A stretch of DNA of 64,000 nucleotides from Deltaproteobacteria bacterium (GTDB lineage: Bacteria; Desulfobacterota; Dissulfuribacteria; Dissulfuribacterales; DYLC01), in contig JAQVIJ010000004.1 of assembly GCA_028695735.1 (NCBI GenBank), positions 128,671 to 192,670 on the forward strand, given 5' to 3'. Below the pieces are notes generated by a model. It ran no database searches. It saw only the letters and a list, made by a program, of their open reading frames with translations, and was not told where the DNA came from. Shown here piece after piece: positions 1 through 10,100 of this stretch; position 1 is the first letter of the stretch, and every line of letters starts with the position of its first letter. The position numbers and the translations under genes were made by a program.

Positions 1-1090
1 GCCAGATCTGCTGGGCCATGTCTATGATCAAGGGGTTCATGGTGGCCACATAGGGGATGTTATCCACTATGGCCGAGGCAACGGCTGAAAACCACAGCAC
101 CAACATGGAGGTGGCAAAGAGATTTCCCTGTGTGAGTCGCAACATCTGGGAGGAAAGCCAGCTAATGAGCCCCACCTTCACCACCGCACCCACCATCACA
201 AACAGTCCGATAAAAAAGAAGATGGTAGGCCACTCCACTTCAGCCAGCAGGTGGTGGGGGTCTTGAGTTTTAGACAGCAAAAGCAGAAGTCCTGCGCCGA
301 AAAGGGCTATTGTGGCTGGTTCCAGGTGTAGAGTGGAGTGCAAGGTAAAGCCTATCAGCACCAGCACCAGAACAGACATGGCCTTTTTGAGCAGGATCGA
401 GTCCTTTATGGCGGCCCTTTCATTCATTTTCAGTATCTTTTGCTGTAGTTCCTGTGTGGTGACCAGGCGTCTTCCCCAGATGAGCTTTATGGCTGCGATG
501 TAGCAGGCCATTATTATAATGACCACCGGTGTCAGGTGATAAATAAATGCCAGAAAGTCCAATCGGGCCTTGGATGCGATCATGATATTGGGTGGATCGC
601 CTATCAAAGTGGCCGTGCCGCCGATATTGGAGGCCAGGGCGCAGGAGATGAGGTAGGGCACAGGGTCCACATTCAATGCATCGGCAATGAGCAGGGTGAC
701 AGGTGTGATGAGCAAGACCGTGGTGACATTGTCCAAAAAGGCGCTCAGGACCGCAGTGATGATGGAAAATACCACCAAGATCCTAAAGGGTTCGGCCCGT
801 GCAAACTTGGCGCTTTTGATGGCGATATATTCAAAGATGCCAGTGGGTCGTAGAATGTTTATGATGAGCATCATGGAGATGAGCAGAAAGATGACATTCC
901 AGTCGATCCCCAGTTCCTCCATGTGAAAGGCCTCGTGTTGGTCTAAAATGCCGAGGACCAGCACCACGCCGGCACCGAAGACGGCCACAATGGTCTTGTG
1001 AATGCGTTCGGAGATGATGAGGCCATAGGCCGAAAGAAATATCAGCGTTGCGGCCCAGAATGAAAAAGACGATGACTCCATTGTGGTCAT
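1..1090 (-). CDS. ArsB/NhaD (CitMHS-type) permease, N-terminal 363 codons only (C-terminus runs off the window start)
   Basis: Absent from the ORF track because no stop lies in the window. My reverse-strand translation from ATG at 1090 reads MTTMESSSFSFWAATLIFLSAYGLIISERIHKT...FLDNVTTVLLITPVTLLIA...ASNIGGTATLIGDPPNIMIAS..., open and hydrophobic down to position 1. The DNVTT and GGTATLIGDPPN motifs are typical of the ArsB/NhaD permease superfamily. The short + strand ORFs here are antisense artefacts. Confidence 0.8.
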   Translation of the reverse strand, partial: MTTMESSSFSFWAATLIFLSAYGLIISERIHKTIVAVFGAGVVLVLGILDQHEAFHMEELGIDWNVIFLLISMMLIINILRPTGIFEYIAIKSAKFARAEPFRILVVFSIITAVLSAFLDNVTTVLLITPVTLLIADALNVDPVPYLISCALASNIGGTATLIGDPPNIMIASKARLDFLAFIYHLTPVVIIIMACYIAAIKLIWGRRLVTTQELQQKILKMNERAAIKDSILLKKAMSVLVLVLIGFTLHSTLHLEPATIALFGAGLLLLLSKTQDPHHLLAEVEWPTIFFFIGLFVMVGAVVKVGLISWLSSQMLRLTQGNLFATSMLVLWFSAVASAIVDNIPYVATMNPLIIDMAQQIW

Positions 1091-1110
1091 TGAATCCAAT
1101 TTCAGTCCCT

Positions 1111-1578
1111 TTAATTCAGCATGGCCTTTGTGATCACGAAGAAGACATCCCTTTCGTAGATCATGCCAGTGAGCCTGCCTTCCTCTGTAATCACTGGAAG
1201 CCTTTTGATGTTGTGTTTGAGCATGCGGTCGATACACTCCATCAGAGGCGCATCGGCAGGCACTGTGATCACCTCTTTGCTCATGATCTCCCTGACCTTT
1301 CGTTGGGATGACCGTCTGGCGATGTCCTCCAGCATGCCGTCCCAGGTGAAGTCGCCCAGGTCCATCATGGTCATATAAAAGGGGAAGACCGCCTTCAGGA
1401 TGTCCCGCATGGAGAGCATGCCTATGATTCGGCTGTCTGCGTCCAAGACGGGCAGGCCCTTGACGCCCACGCCTGCCTCGCCTCTGCGGGCGGTTTTGAG
1501 CAGAATCACCGCCTCTTTCAGGGTGTTTTCAGGGGTGAGGAAGTCCTGAACTGGTATCATGATGTCCTTTGCACGCAT
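1111..1578 (-). CDS. CBS-domain pair protein
   Basis: The 155-aa protein has two CBS-like repeats (..GLPVLDADSRIIGMLSMRDILKA.. and ..RLPVITEEGRLTGMIYERDVF..). It ends 20 nt upstream of the permease start, so likely the same operon. Confidence 0.85.
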   Translation of the reverse strand: MRAKDIMIPVQDFLTPENTLKEAVILLKTARRGEAGVGVKGLPVLDADSRIIGMLSMRDILKAVFPFYMTMMDLGDFTWDGMLEDIARRSSQRKVREIMSKEVITVPADAPLMECIDRMLKHNIKRLPVITEEGRLTGMIYERDVFFVITKAMLN

Positions 1579-1756
1579 ATTCTCCTCTAAAGGGGCTGTC
1601 CATGAAGATTGGGCATGGACATGAACTGGTATCGTGTTGAAAAATCAGCCTTAAAGGATACTCCATTTTTTATGGCGTGCAAACAGCTCAACACCTGCAA
1701 AATCCGTGAGCATTTGTCATGAACATAGGAAAATTAGTCCTAATATCCAAATGAGT

Positions 1757-1786
1757 AGGGGCAGGCCCCTGTGCCTGCCCCTCTAT
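1757..1786 (-). terminator. GC-rich hairpin downstream of the DUF1634 gene
   Basis: Inverted repeat aggggcaggc / gcctgcccct separated by 6 nt, lying 15 nt after the stop of the 1801-2259 gene on the minus strand. The T-tract is weak. Confidence 0.45.
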
Positions 1787-1800
1787 TCTCACAATAGGTA

Positions 1801-2259
1801 TCAATGCCCACCTACCGCCAAAAGCCCGCTGGCGGCCAGGGCCAATATCAGCACCTCGGCTATGCACATGATGGCATAGGCCTTATCGCCCTTCTTGAGC
1901 AGGGTTGGAATGATGGCTGCATAGCAGAAGATAGTTATGCCGGCCAGCAGGGCTATTCCCAGGAAGTTCATAAAGTCTGATTTATGTAAAAGGGTAGCCC
2001 ATGCCCACCCAGTGGGTGGATGTGGCAGATGCAGGGCATTTTGATTGATGGCCTCCAGATAGGTGTGTGAGTCCATGCTCCAGTACTTGGCGATCTCGCT
2101 CAGCGGCACTGCTGGCGAGACGATACCAAACACATAGATGGCAAAGGTGATGAACAGAAGCCCTATACCTGCGTACATGCCCTTTTCCAGGAGCGCTGCA
2201 TAGAGCATCTGCTCTTCCGAGGCCTCTTTGGTTACGCAGCTGCATTTAGAGTCAGTCAT
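1801..2259 (-). CDS. DUF1634-like small membrane protein (TSUP partner)
   Basis: 152 aa with about 4 hydrophobic segments, immediately downstream of a TSUP/TauE-SafE gene. The DUF1634 + DUF81 pairing is a known arrangement. Assignment is by architecture and context only. Confidence 0.65.
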   Translation of the reverse strand: MTDSKCSCVTKEASEEQMLYAALLEKGMYAGIGLLFITFAIYVFGIVSPAVPLSEIAKYWSMDSHTYLEAINQNALHLPHPPTGWAWATLLHKSDFMNFLGIALLAGITIFCYAAIIPTLLKKGDKAYAIMCIAEVLILALAASGLLAVGGH

Positions 2260-2289
2260 GATTTGTTACTCCTTTCTGTTATGGTCAGA

Positions 2290-3264
2290 TTAAAAGAAAA
2301 ACGGCAGGCCGAGGCCCTTGGTGATGGCCTTGAGCCCTGAGAAGAGCAAGAGGCCGATGACCATCCATTTAATAAAGGCAGGCTTGGCCACTTTCAATAT
2401 GCGCACACCCACCAATGATCCAAACATGATGCCTATGAGAGAAGGCACCACTATCATGGGTATTACGCAGCCCTTATTGAGATATACCCAGGCTGCAGAG
2501 GTGTCTGTGATGGAGAGCAGGAATTTACTTGTGGCAACACTGATCTTGAGCGGAGCGCCCATCAGCAGGTTCAGAACCGGCACATTGGCCCATCCTGCAC
2601 CCAGACCAAACATGCCGGCCATAATGCCTATGATTACGAAAAGGGCCAGGCCAAGGGGTGTGCGGTGAATCTTCCAGTTGATATCCTTGCCTGTGCTGGC
2701 CTCTGTATAGATCCCGTATATTCGCAGGGCTGAGGATAGGGAGTCTGACTCCTTGACATCAGGATAGTCTGATTTTTTGGCGGTGAGCATGATGACCACG
2801 ATACCCAGGATAGTGGCACCCAGGGCTGTCTGGACCACATTGGTGGGCAGGGCCAGCCCCATCATGGCGCCTGCTATGGCGCATGTGGATGCGATAAGGG
2901 CCACAGGTATTGCAAGCCTGAGACTGGCCAGGTTCATGCGCAAAAGCCCGGGGCCTGCGGCCAGGGCCCCTGCCAGGGCCACAAGAAGACCGGCGCCTCT
3001 TACGAAGTCCAGGTGAAATGGGAAAAATCCGCTGATAATGGGGACGAACAGCACACCGCCGCCCACGCCGCCTAAAACGGCCACTATCCCCATGACAAAG
3101 GTTACGACCAGCAGTACCAACGGCCACACCCACCACGCAGTGGTATTTGCAGCCTGTGGGTTTGTCGCCACGGTTTCTGCCGCCCAGGACAAGATTGGGC
3201 TTGAAACTGTGGCAACGAATGCAGCCGTTCCCAGCCCTGCGAGTTTGGAAAAGAGTTGAGACAT
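2290..3264 (-). CDS. TSUP (TauE/SafE, DUF81) family anion exporter
   Basis: Polytopic membrane protein with the internally duplicated Gly-rich TSUP pattern (..GGVGGGVLFVPI.. / ..GMFGLGAGWANVPVL..). Start moved from 3333 to ATG 3264, which is preceded by aaaGGGGGttatc. Confidence 0.8.
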   Translation of the reverse strand: MSQLFSKLAGLGTAAFVATVSSPILSWAAETVATNPQAANTTAWWVWPLVLLVVTFVMGIVAVLGGVGGGVLFVPIISGFFPFHLDFVRGAGLLVALAGALAAGPGLLRMNLASLRLAIPVALIASTCAIAGAMMGLALPTNVVQTALGATILGIVVIMLTAKKSDYPDVKESDSLSSALRIYGIYTEASTGKDINWKIHRTPLGLALFVIIGIMAGMFGLGAGWANVPVLNLLMGAPLKISVATSKFLLSITDTSAAWVYLNKGCVIPMIVVPSLIGIMFGSLVGVRILKVAKPAFIKWMVIGLLLFSGLKAITKGLGLPFFF

Positions 3265-3383
3265 GATAACCCCCTTTGTTAGAAAGTGTTGCAAAATGCA
3301 ATACTCATACTGCGATTTATAAGGGGTTGTCAAGTGGTGAAACAGTAAAATTGCAATCTGTTTTAATTTGTAATCATAAAAAA

Positions 3384-3581
3384 TTAATTTTTAATCTGCT
3401 CTTCGCAAATAAATTTCTTGTTCAGGAATTCGCATTCCTTTGGTGTGAGGTCGAAGCGGGTTTCTGCCTCATATATGAGGGATGTGCGGGTCTTTTCAGG
3501 GTGTTCTTTGCACATATCTGATATCCAACGAATGGCGTTTCTGAGTTTTTCTCCGTGGGGCAGCAGTTCTTCTGTTGACAT
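3384..3581 (-). CDS. small conserved-looking hypothetical protein (65 aa)
   Basis: ATG is 4 nt after the kinase stop, and an AAGGAG RBS is embedded in the last kinase codons (gtctcAAAGGAGtgaaaagATG). No recognisable domain. Confidence 0.55.
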   Translation of the reverse strand: MSTEELLPHGEKLRNAIRWISDMCKEHPEKTRTSLIYEAETRFDLTPKECEFLNKKFICEEQIKN

Positions 3582-3585
3582 CTTT

Positions 3586-5988
3586 TCACTCCTTTGAGAC
3601 TGTTTCGGCGAGTTTTTCCAGCAACTCGGTCATCTCCTGTATGCGGTAGGGTTTGGGCAGGGCTGCTGCAAAGCCGTATTCCTTGTAGTTGGCCATGATG
3701 GGGTCCTTGGAGTAGCCGCTGGAGACCACTGCCTTGACATTGGGATTTAGGGCCAAAAGCATGGGCATGGTCTCTTTGGCGCCCATACCTCCTTTAACCG
3801 TGATATCCATGATGACTATATCCACTGGTCTTTCTGAACTCAATGATTTTTTATAGATGTCCAGGGCCTCTTCTCCGTTTACGGCCGTCATGACCTCATA
3901 CCCCAGTTCCTTCAGCATCAAGGCGGCCAGTTCCAGTATCATTGAGTCATCATCCATGATCAGCAGTTTAAGTGGCTTGACAGGCTGGGCAAGGGTTGGA
4001 GCGGCGGTCTTTGGGGCCTCTGTTGCCTGGGATGCGGGCAGATAGATGGTAAAGGCGGTGCCTTTGCCCTCCTCTGATTCCACCACAGTGCAGCCTCCAT
4101 GTTTTGTGACGATGGAGTGAGAGATGGCCAGGCCCAGGCCGTTTCCATGTTCTTTTGTGGTGAAATACGGCTCAAAGATGCGCTCCAGCAGTTTTTTGGG
4201 AATGCCTGGGCCGTTATCCGAGATGGATAATTTGAGGTATCTGCCCTTGGGCAAGGCAAAGGGGCAGAGCCGGTTCCATTCCTCGGTGGTGTTTACGAGG
4301 CCGTTTGTCTGAATGGGTGGAGATTCTGACTTTTCAAAATTTTCACAGGTAATCCAGATATTTCCGCTGTCATTCATGGCCTGACGGGCATTCAATACGA
4401 TATTTTGTACCACTTGGCTTATTTGATTCTTGTCCGCATCCGCCATCCAAAGCCCTTCCTGAAAGTGATATTCACACCGTGTTCCAGAGCCTGTGAGCAT
4501 GAATTCCGTGGACTCCATCACGATCTCCTTTATGGAAAGGGGTTGTTTCAGGGGTTCTCCGCCCTTGGCAAAGGTGAGGAGTTGAGAGGTAAGCCCAACC
4601 GCCCTCTCCAGTGCCTTTTCCGCCTTTTTCAGGAATTCCAGCGCCTTTTGTGAATCCTTTTCCAGGAGTTTTGAGGCCATGCTGACTCCAGACATCACGG
4701 ATGTGAGGATGTTGTTGAAATCATGGGCGATGCCACCTGCCAATAACCCCAAGGATTCCAGCTTCTGGGCCTTATTCATCTCATTCAACAGCTTGGTGTG
4801 AGTGGTGATATCGCGAATGACCATAACCGTGCCTATGGGTTGGCTCTTGCTGTCTCGAATGAGATTGGCGGTACAGCTCACCTGCAGGGGCTCGCCTGAT
4901 CTTGTCTTGAGTTCATATTGACCGATAAATTCTATGGCATTACCTGTAGTTGTTGAAGTGTTCTTCTGTTTTTTGACAGGAGACAGCATGGAGAGCACAG
5001 AGGAGATGGGCTGTCCCAGGGCCTCTTCATGGCGAATACCCAACATCCTTTCCGCAGCCTTGTTGAAGAGAGTGATGTTCCCTGCAAGGTCATGGGCTAT
5101 GACTGCGTCGGCGATGGAACGGAGGGTCACATTCAGTCTTTCCGCCTCCTGTTCCGCCTGTCTGATGGCCTCGTCCCTCTCCGCCTCTCTGCGGGCAATG
5201 ATTTGAAGCTGCTCTTGAATCTGCTGCATGCGCTGCACAATGGCCACCACCATCTTGCTCAGGGCACATTTCAGGTCATTTAATTCCAGGTAAAATCTCC
5301 CTGAAAGCTGTGTGGAATAGCGGCCTGCTGCTATGTCATTGGCATAATCTATGAGCCTTTTGAGGGGCTGAATGAAAAGGTGTTGCGACGTCAGCACGAA
5401 CATCAGGGCGATTATTATGCTGATTGCCATCATCAGCAGATTGATGCGCTGAAACTGCTCACGATATCTAAAAAGCTCGGCATTCTCCAGGGTAATGCCC
5501 AGATAGTATTGCCAGGGCTCGTAAAGCATGAAAACGCCCCAGCGGGCCTTGCCGTCCTTGGTGTATGTGATGACGCCCTGCTGGCCGTGCAGTGACCTTT
5601 TGAACTCCTCATACTCAGGGCCTTGGTTTGAAACGCCTGCGTCCAGAATCAGTGCCCCTTCCCTGGTCGCTACGAACATTACCCCTGTGGACCTGTATTT
5701 ATATGTCCTGAAGCCCTCCATTGCCCTTGTCTTGATGGCTGCCAAATGTTCTTCGCTGTCCTCCAGACCCACGAGTTTCAGCCGTTCGTATTTATTGTTT
5801 ATTTGCTCTGTCATGTTTTGGAGTTCATTTAAAAGCAGTTCCCTTGTAAGGCTTATGGAAAGCTCTTCGATGGCGCGATTTCCCGTTAAATAAAGGGGAA
5901 TCGCTATGACAGCAGCCAGCAAAATAGGGGTGAAAAAACCAAGTGCCCTAATGGAGTTGAGGTATTTGGTCAGATTATTTAATGACAT
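3586..5988 (-). CDS. hybrid sensor histidine kinase (TM-periplasmic domain-TM, HAMP, PAS, HisKA, HATPase, C-terminal receiver)
   Basis: H-box [14 protein letters not shown]; N/G boxes (..NARQAM.., ..DNGPGIP.., ..GNGLGLA..); PAS-like segment [29 protein letters not shown]; receiver LKLLIMDDD...[14 protein letters not shown]...VSSGY. Confidence 0.9.
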   Translation of the reverse strand: MSLNNLTKYLNSIRALGFFTPILLAAVIAIPLYLTGNRAIEELSISLTRELLLNELQNMTEQINNKYERLKLVGLEDSEEHLAAIKTRAMEGFRTYKYRSTGVMFVATREGALILDAGVSNQGPEYEEFKRSLHGQQGVITYTKDGKARWGVFMLYEPWQYYLGITLENAELFRYREQFQRINLLMMAISIIIALMFVLTSQHLFIQPLKRLIDYANDIAAGRYSTQLSGRFYLELNDLKCALSKMVVAIVQRMQQIQEQLQIIARREAERDEAIRQAEQEAERLNVTLRSIADAVIAHDLAGNITLFNKAAERMLGIRHEEALGQPISSVLSMLSPVKKQKNTSTTTGNAIEFIGQYELKTRSGEPLQVSCTANLIRDSKSQPIGTVMVIRDITTHTKLLNEMNKAQKLESLGLLAGGIAHDFNNILTSVMSGVSMASKLLEKDSQKALEFLKKAEKALERAVGLTSQLLTFAKGGEPLKQPLSIKEIVMESTEFMLTGSGTRCEYHFQEGLWMADADKNQISQVVQNIVLNARQAMNDSGNIWITCENFEKSESPPIQTNGLVNTTEEWNRLCPFALPKGRYLKLSISDNGPGIPKKLLERIFEPYFTTKEHGNGLGLAISHSIVTKHGGCTVVESEEGKGTAFTIYLPASQATEAPKTAAPTLAQPVKPLKLLIMDDDSMILELAALMLKELGYEVMTAVNGEEALDIYKKSLSSERPVDIVIMDITVKGGMGAKETMPMLLALNPNVKAVVSSGYSKDPIMANYKEYGFAAALPKPYRIQEMTELLEKLAETVSKE

Positions 5989-7030
5989 AGTCCACTGTTT
6001 CCAGAATCTCCATGGGGATTTTAAGGCTGAAACGATGGGCAGCCTTAAGATTTATAAAGGCCTTTTGTTTGGCCGGAACCGGTGAAATTTTTTGAATTTC
6101 GGCCCCTTTTAAGATGGAGACGGCCATTTCTCCTGCCTCACGGCCACATACAGAAAATGGATTGAACAGCCCTGCCAGAATGGAGTCATCGTTAGCGAGA
6201 AAGACCTTCAGGGACTGCTCATCCATGTCAAGGGTAAAGGCACTTACGATGGGAATGCCTGCCTTTTTAAGGGTTTTAAGGAGTTGAAAGCCACCCACCA
6301 TGAAACACATGGCCTCGATGTGTCTGTCTTTAAGTTCCTGAATGGCAGCATCTATGCCCTTTGCCAGGTCTATGTAATGCAGAGTCAAACCGCCACGGCC
6401 CTCTTTCATGCCTTCAAAGGAGGCCTTATATACCGCGTCCGCCGGTATCCTGGAGTCATAGACATATGCAAAGTTTTTGATACGAGGCATGAGATTGACC
6501 GCCAATCGAGTCACCTTTTCGGGAGGATACCTGAGATAGACGCCTGTGATGTTGGTATTGGGCGGCATTGTGAGGGATGGCACCAGTTTCAATGCCACTG
6601 AGTCCAGTACGGGCAGAAAGATCTGCGGAGTGTCTGAGGATTTCAAGATCTCTCTTACATACAAAGAGACCCATCCACAGGTCACAAACAGGCTTGCGGT
6701 GTTTTTATAGCGTTGCACGGCCTCTTTTATCTCAGGCACAGAGGATTCGTCTGAAGTGCGTGTCAGGATGTCCACATATTGAATGTTGACTCCTTCAACA
6801 AACCCATTTTGCGCCAGAACTGCCTTGAATTCCCCTATGGCATTTCGAAATTGGTCAAACTCTATGGGATAGCGAATAATCACCACCTGTTTGAGGTCCT
6901 CTGCTGCGGAGGTCAATGGCAAGAAAGACATGAAAAACAGGAACAGCAGATGGAAAAGCGCTGATTTGCAGGACTGCCGGCATGAGTCGTAACAGGTCTT
7001 GAAAGCTCGCCTGCGGTTTTGAGTTCCCAT
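5975..7030 (-). CDS. periplasmic substrate-binding protein (ABC_sub_bind/BMP-like), probable sensor partner of the kinase
   Basis: The track ORF (to 7252) overlaps the upstream gene. ATG at 7030 has a perfect RBS (aaAAGGAGGacagccATG) and gives a signal peptide (..[16 protein letters not shown]). Its stop overlaps the kinase start by 14 nt. No ABC permease or ATPase genes are nearby. Confidence 0.75.
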   Translation of the reverse strand: MGTQNRRRAFKTCYDSCRQSCKSALFHLLFLFFMSFLPLTSAAEDLKQVVIIRYPIEFDQFRNAIGEFKAVLAQNGFVEGVNIQYVDILTRTSDESSVPEIKEAVQRYKNTASLFVTCGWVSLYVREILKSSDTPQIFLPVLDSVALKLVPSLTMPPNTNITGVYLRYPPEKVTRLAVNLMPRIKNFAYVYDSRIPADAVYKASFEGMKEGRGGLTLHYIDLAKGIDAAIQELKDRHIEAMCFMVGGFQLLKTLKKAGIPIVSAFTLDMDEQSLKVFLANDDSILAGLFNPFSVCGREAGEMAVSILKGAEIQKISPVPAKQKAFINLKAAHRFSLKIPMEILETVDYVIK

Positions 7031-7064
7031 GGCTGTCCTCCTTTTTAGCCCTTTGCCCCTTTGC

Positions 7065-7988
7065 CTACAGATTGAAGATATATCGAATGGCCGGCACCAG
7101 AAGGCAAAAGACCAGTATCCACTTGATGATGCGTGAAGGCACAAACCTCTGACACCTGGCGCCCAAATACATGCCCGCCATGCCGCCCATGCCGAAGAGC
7201 AGGCCCAATATCCAGTCAGGGGCCACCACCAGATGGGGATAGATGAAGGCAATGGCCTGGTAGAAGATCACACCTGCCACCGAGGTGACAAAGGTGCCCA
7301 TTAGAGTGGCACCTGCTATGCTGTGCACAGGCAGGCCAAAGAAGGTTATGAAGAATGGCGAGAGCATGGCGCCGCCGCCTATGCCGTATATGCCGCCTAC
7401 TATGCCCACGATGGCACTCAAGGCCATGATGGCCAGGCCGTTTACTGTGTGCACCTCGCCGCAGAATTCATAGCTGAGAGTGCGCCAGGAGTCTTTCAGG
7501 ATACGCACTTCAAAGGTAGTTCCTGTCTTGCAGGCCGCCTCCTTTTGAGCCTGTGCAGGCGTCTTGAGTGCATCAGATTGCTGTTTTTTTTGAGTGAAAA
7601 GCAGCTCCTTTAACATGCGAATGGCGATGTAGAGCAGCACAAGGCCTGCAAATATCTTAAAATGCCTTGGGTCAGGCAGGTATCGAATGCGCACAATGGC
7701 ACCTATAAAAACCCCTGGTAATGTGCCCACTACCACCACTCGCACCAAAGGCCAGACCATGCGGCCTTCCTTGATATACCTGTACACGCCGCTGGGAATG
7801 GCTATGATGTTGAACAATTGGTTGGTGGCACTGACAGAAGGGGTGTTATAGCCTAAAAAGCTCATTTGAAAGGGCAGAATGAGAAATGCGCCCGAAACCC
7901 CGCCCATGGAGGTAAAAAATGCGATTACAAAGGCCACCAGTGGTGGAATCAAGGGGTTGATCTCTATGTTGGCCGTTGGGAAATACAC
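7065..7988 (-). CDS. TSUP (TauE/SafE, DUF81) family membrane transporter, second paralogue
   Basis: Two 4-TM halves (..FFTSMGGVSGAFLILP.. / ..VGGIYGIGGGAMLSPF..) separated by a roughly 60-aa soluble loop. Start re-assigned to GTG 7988 (AAGGAGGgtgattGTG), 2 nt after the alr stop. Confidence 0.78.
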   Translation of the reverse strand: MYFPTANIEINPLIPPLVAFVIAFFTSMGGVSGAFLILPFQMSFLGYNTPSVSATNQLFNIIAIPSGVYRYIKEGRMVWPLVRVVVVGTLPGVFIGAIVRIRYLPDPRHFKIFAGLVLLYIAIRMLKELLFTQKKQQSDALKTPAQAQKEAACKTGTTFEVRILKDSWRTLSYEFCGEVHTVNGLAIMALSAIVGIVGGIYGIGGGAMLSPFFITFFGLPVHSIAGATLMGTFVTSVAGVIFYQAIAFIYPHLVVAPDWILGLLFGMGGMAGMYLGARCQRFVPSRIIKWILVFCLLVPAIRYIFNL

Positions 7989-7990
7989 AA

Positions 7991-9145
7991 TCACCCTCCT
8001 TGGCAGAAGACCCTGAAATTTTTGGCTCCTATGGAGCACATGAGCTCATAATTGATGGTGCCTGCCCACTTTGCCATCTCTTCCCATGTGATGGCATCGT
8101 TTCCCTGGCTGCCAAGCAAAACCACCTCCTGGCCCATGAGCCCTTCGGGCATTCTTTGCGACAAATGGGTTACATTTACCATCAGAGACCTCATGCAGAT
8201 GCGGCCCACCACAGGCGCCCTTTGGCCCTGAATCAGGACCTGTGCCTTGTTGGAAAGGCTGCGTAGATAGCCGTTGTCATAGCCTACGGGTATCACTGCG
8301 ATGTGTTCATGGCCCTGTGCCACATAGGTGGCTCCATAGCTCACCGCATCCCCTTTGTTTACAGTGCGCACCTCTACCACCTTACTCTTAAAATTCATGG
8401 CAGGCAATAAATTTATCAATGCCCTTGCCTGTTCATTACAATACCCACCATAGATGGCCAGACCTGGCCTCACCAGGTCATAATGTGTCTGAGGTAAATG
8501 CAGAATCCCCGCAGAATTGGCCAAGTGAAATCGAACATTGGAAATGCCCAGGGAAAGCACGGACTCTCTTATGGCCTCAAATGCCTGTATCTGCAGGCGG
8601 TTCATTGGGTGTTCCGGCTCATCGGCGCAGCAGAGGTGGGAAAAGATGCCGGTGATGAGCAGATGTGGCCATGAGTTAGTTGTGTAGGCCTGTAAGATCT
8701 TCAGAAGCGCAGTTCTGGTAAGGCCCATGCGGGACATGCCGGTGTCCACCTTTAAGTGCACTGTGCATGTGCGATTCTGCCGGGCGCAGGCGGCCTCCAG
8801 GGCGTTTAAGGCCTGTATATGAGTGATGCCTGGTGTGAGGTTGTGGGCACAGACTGCCTCTGCATTCTCCACAGACATGCCGGAGATGAGCACAATGGGG
8901 CATGAAATGCCCAGGGCCCTCAATGTGATGGCCTCGTCTATGTCAAAGACCGCAAGGCCCCAGACCAAATTCGAGATGGCCTGGCTGACCTCCTTCATGC
9001 CATGGCCGTAGGCATTGGACTTGACCACTGCCAGAATGCCAGGCGGATGGGCATTGTGGCGGGCCAAAAGACCTTTAATGGCGGCGATGTTGTGCCTAAT
9101 GGCCGAGAGGTCTATCTCAACTCGTGTCAGGGTGTTGGAATTCAC
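7991..9145 (-). CDS. alr: alanine racemase
   Basis: PLP-lysine motif AVVKSNAYGHG near the N-terminus, 384 aa, typical Alr length and C-terminal beta domain. GTG start. Confidence 0.9.
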   Translation of the reverse strand: MNSNTLTRVEIDLSAIRHNIAAIKGLLARHNAHPPGILAVVKSNAYGHGMKEVSQAISNLVWGLAVFDIDEAITLRALGISCPIVLISGMSVENAEAVCAHNLTPGITHIQALNALEAACARQNRTCTVHLKVDTGMSRMGLTRTALLKILQAYTTNSWPHLLITGIFSHLCCADEPEHPMNRLQIQAFEAIRESVLSLGISNVRFHLANSAGILHLPQTHYDLVRPGLAIYGGYCNEQARALINLLPAMNFKSKVVEVRTVNKGDAVSYGATYVAQGHEHIAVIPVGYDNGYLRSLSNKAQVLIQGQRAPVVGRICMRSLMVNVTHLSQRMPEGLMGQEVVLLGSQGNDAITWEEMAKWAGTINYELMCSIGAKNFRVFCQGG

Positions 9146-9164
9146 GGTGGTCCTTTAAGTCTGA

Positions 9165-10100
9165 TTAGGATGGTTTTATATCCACGCTTTTCAGGTAGGG
9201 CAGCCGTTTTTGAAGCTGTTTTTCCATGCCGTCTATGCGGCTGCCCACTATGCGTGTGATGCGGTTGGCAAATGATGCGCAGAACTGTAGAAAATCCCCA
9301 AAGGTCTTTATCTCTTCATATTCCTCTCTGAGCGTGTCCTCCATGTCCTTTATTAGAAGATAGCCGTTTATCTCCACCTCTGCTCGAATTCGGTGGCTTT
9401 CAGGGGTGAGCACGATCATGCGAATGTCTTTGATGTCCTCCACCAATGGCATCTCCTGCAGGGCCTCTCGCACCTCTTCTCTTAGAGTCTCAGGCGATGT
9501 CTTTTCCAGCAGGTATTCCAGGTTCTTTTTGATGAGCACCAGGGCGATGATGCCCAAAAGCAAGCCAACGAGAATGGAGCCCACTGCATCCCAGCGATAG
9601 TCGCCCGTGCTCTGTGCCCGCCATATGGAGACCGCTGCGATAAACACGCCCAGTACCGCTGCGCCGTCCTCCATGAGTACGGCCAGGGTGGTGGTGTCGC
9701 CTTTTCGCATCTCGAAAAAGGCCACCATAAACGAAATGCCCTCGGCCAGCAGGGATACTAACAAGACCACCCATGTCCAGTGCGTTATGGTCGGTATGGT
9801 GTGGCTATAAAGCCCCATTACTCCATGATATATGGTGACTCCAGCGCCCAGAAAGAAGATGCCGCAGGCTGAGATGAGGCCCCATACAAAGCGCTCCTTG
9901 CCCCTTCCAAACGGGAATTCCTCCGAAGGCCCTATGAGACTGCGGTGAATGCCCACCCAGAGCAGGGCCTGATTCAGTGTGTCCGCCAGGGAGTGCACGG
10001 CCTCCGCCAGCATGGAGGCGCTGCCCCCTGTGACAGCGATGGCCAATTTCAGGGCAAAGACCGTGATGTTTGCGGTGATGGCCGCCTTGACCGCTCTCAT
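9165..10100 (-). CDS. cation diffusion facilitator (CDF) family metal efflux transporter
   Basis: Six TM segments with the HSLADTLNQ and FPFGRGKER motifs, plus a C-terminal cytoplasmic domain. Start overlaps the upstream stop by 4 nt. Confidence 0.85.
   Translation of the reverse strand: MRAVKAAITANITVFALKLAIAVTGGSASMLAEAVHSLADTLNQALLWVGIHRSLIGPSEEFPFGRGKERFVWGLISACGIFFLGAGVTIYHGVMGLYSHTIPTITHWTWVVLLVSLLAEGISFMVAFFEMRKGDTTTLAVLMEDGAAVLGVFIAAVSIWRAQSTGDYRWDAVGSILVGLLLGIIALVLIKKNLEYLLEKTSPETLREEVREALQEMPLVEDIKDIRMIVLTPESHRIRAEVEINGYLLIKDMEDTLREEYEEIKTFGDFLQFCASFANRITRIVGSRIDGMEKQLQKRLPYLKSVDIKPS

Noticed and set aside
1579-1756. Possible riboswitch or leader in the 222-nt region upstream of the CBS/permease operon (contains a 7-bp hairpin gtccatg..catggac next to the RBS)
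   Set aside because: There is no match to any riboswitch core I recognise. The hairpin is short, and the region also has to hold the promoter. The evidence is insufficient.
7031-7252. N-terminal 74 codons of track ORF 5975-7252, and similar 5' extensions of ORFs at 2290-3333, 7065-8039, 26919-28685, 35595, 36803, 39852 and 44969
   Set aside because: The extensions overlap the preceding gene or lack an RBS, while an internal ATG or GTG has a strong Shine-Dalgarno sequence and yields the expected N-terminus or signal peptide.
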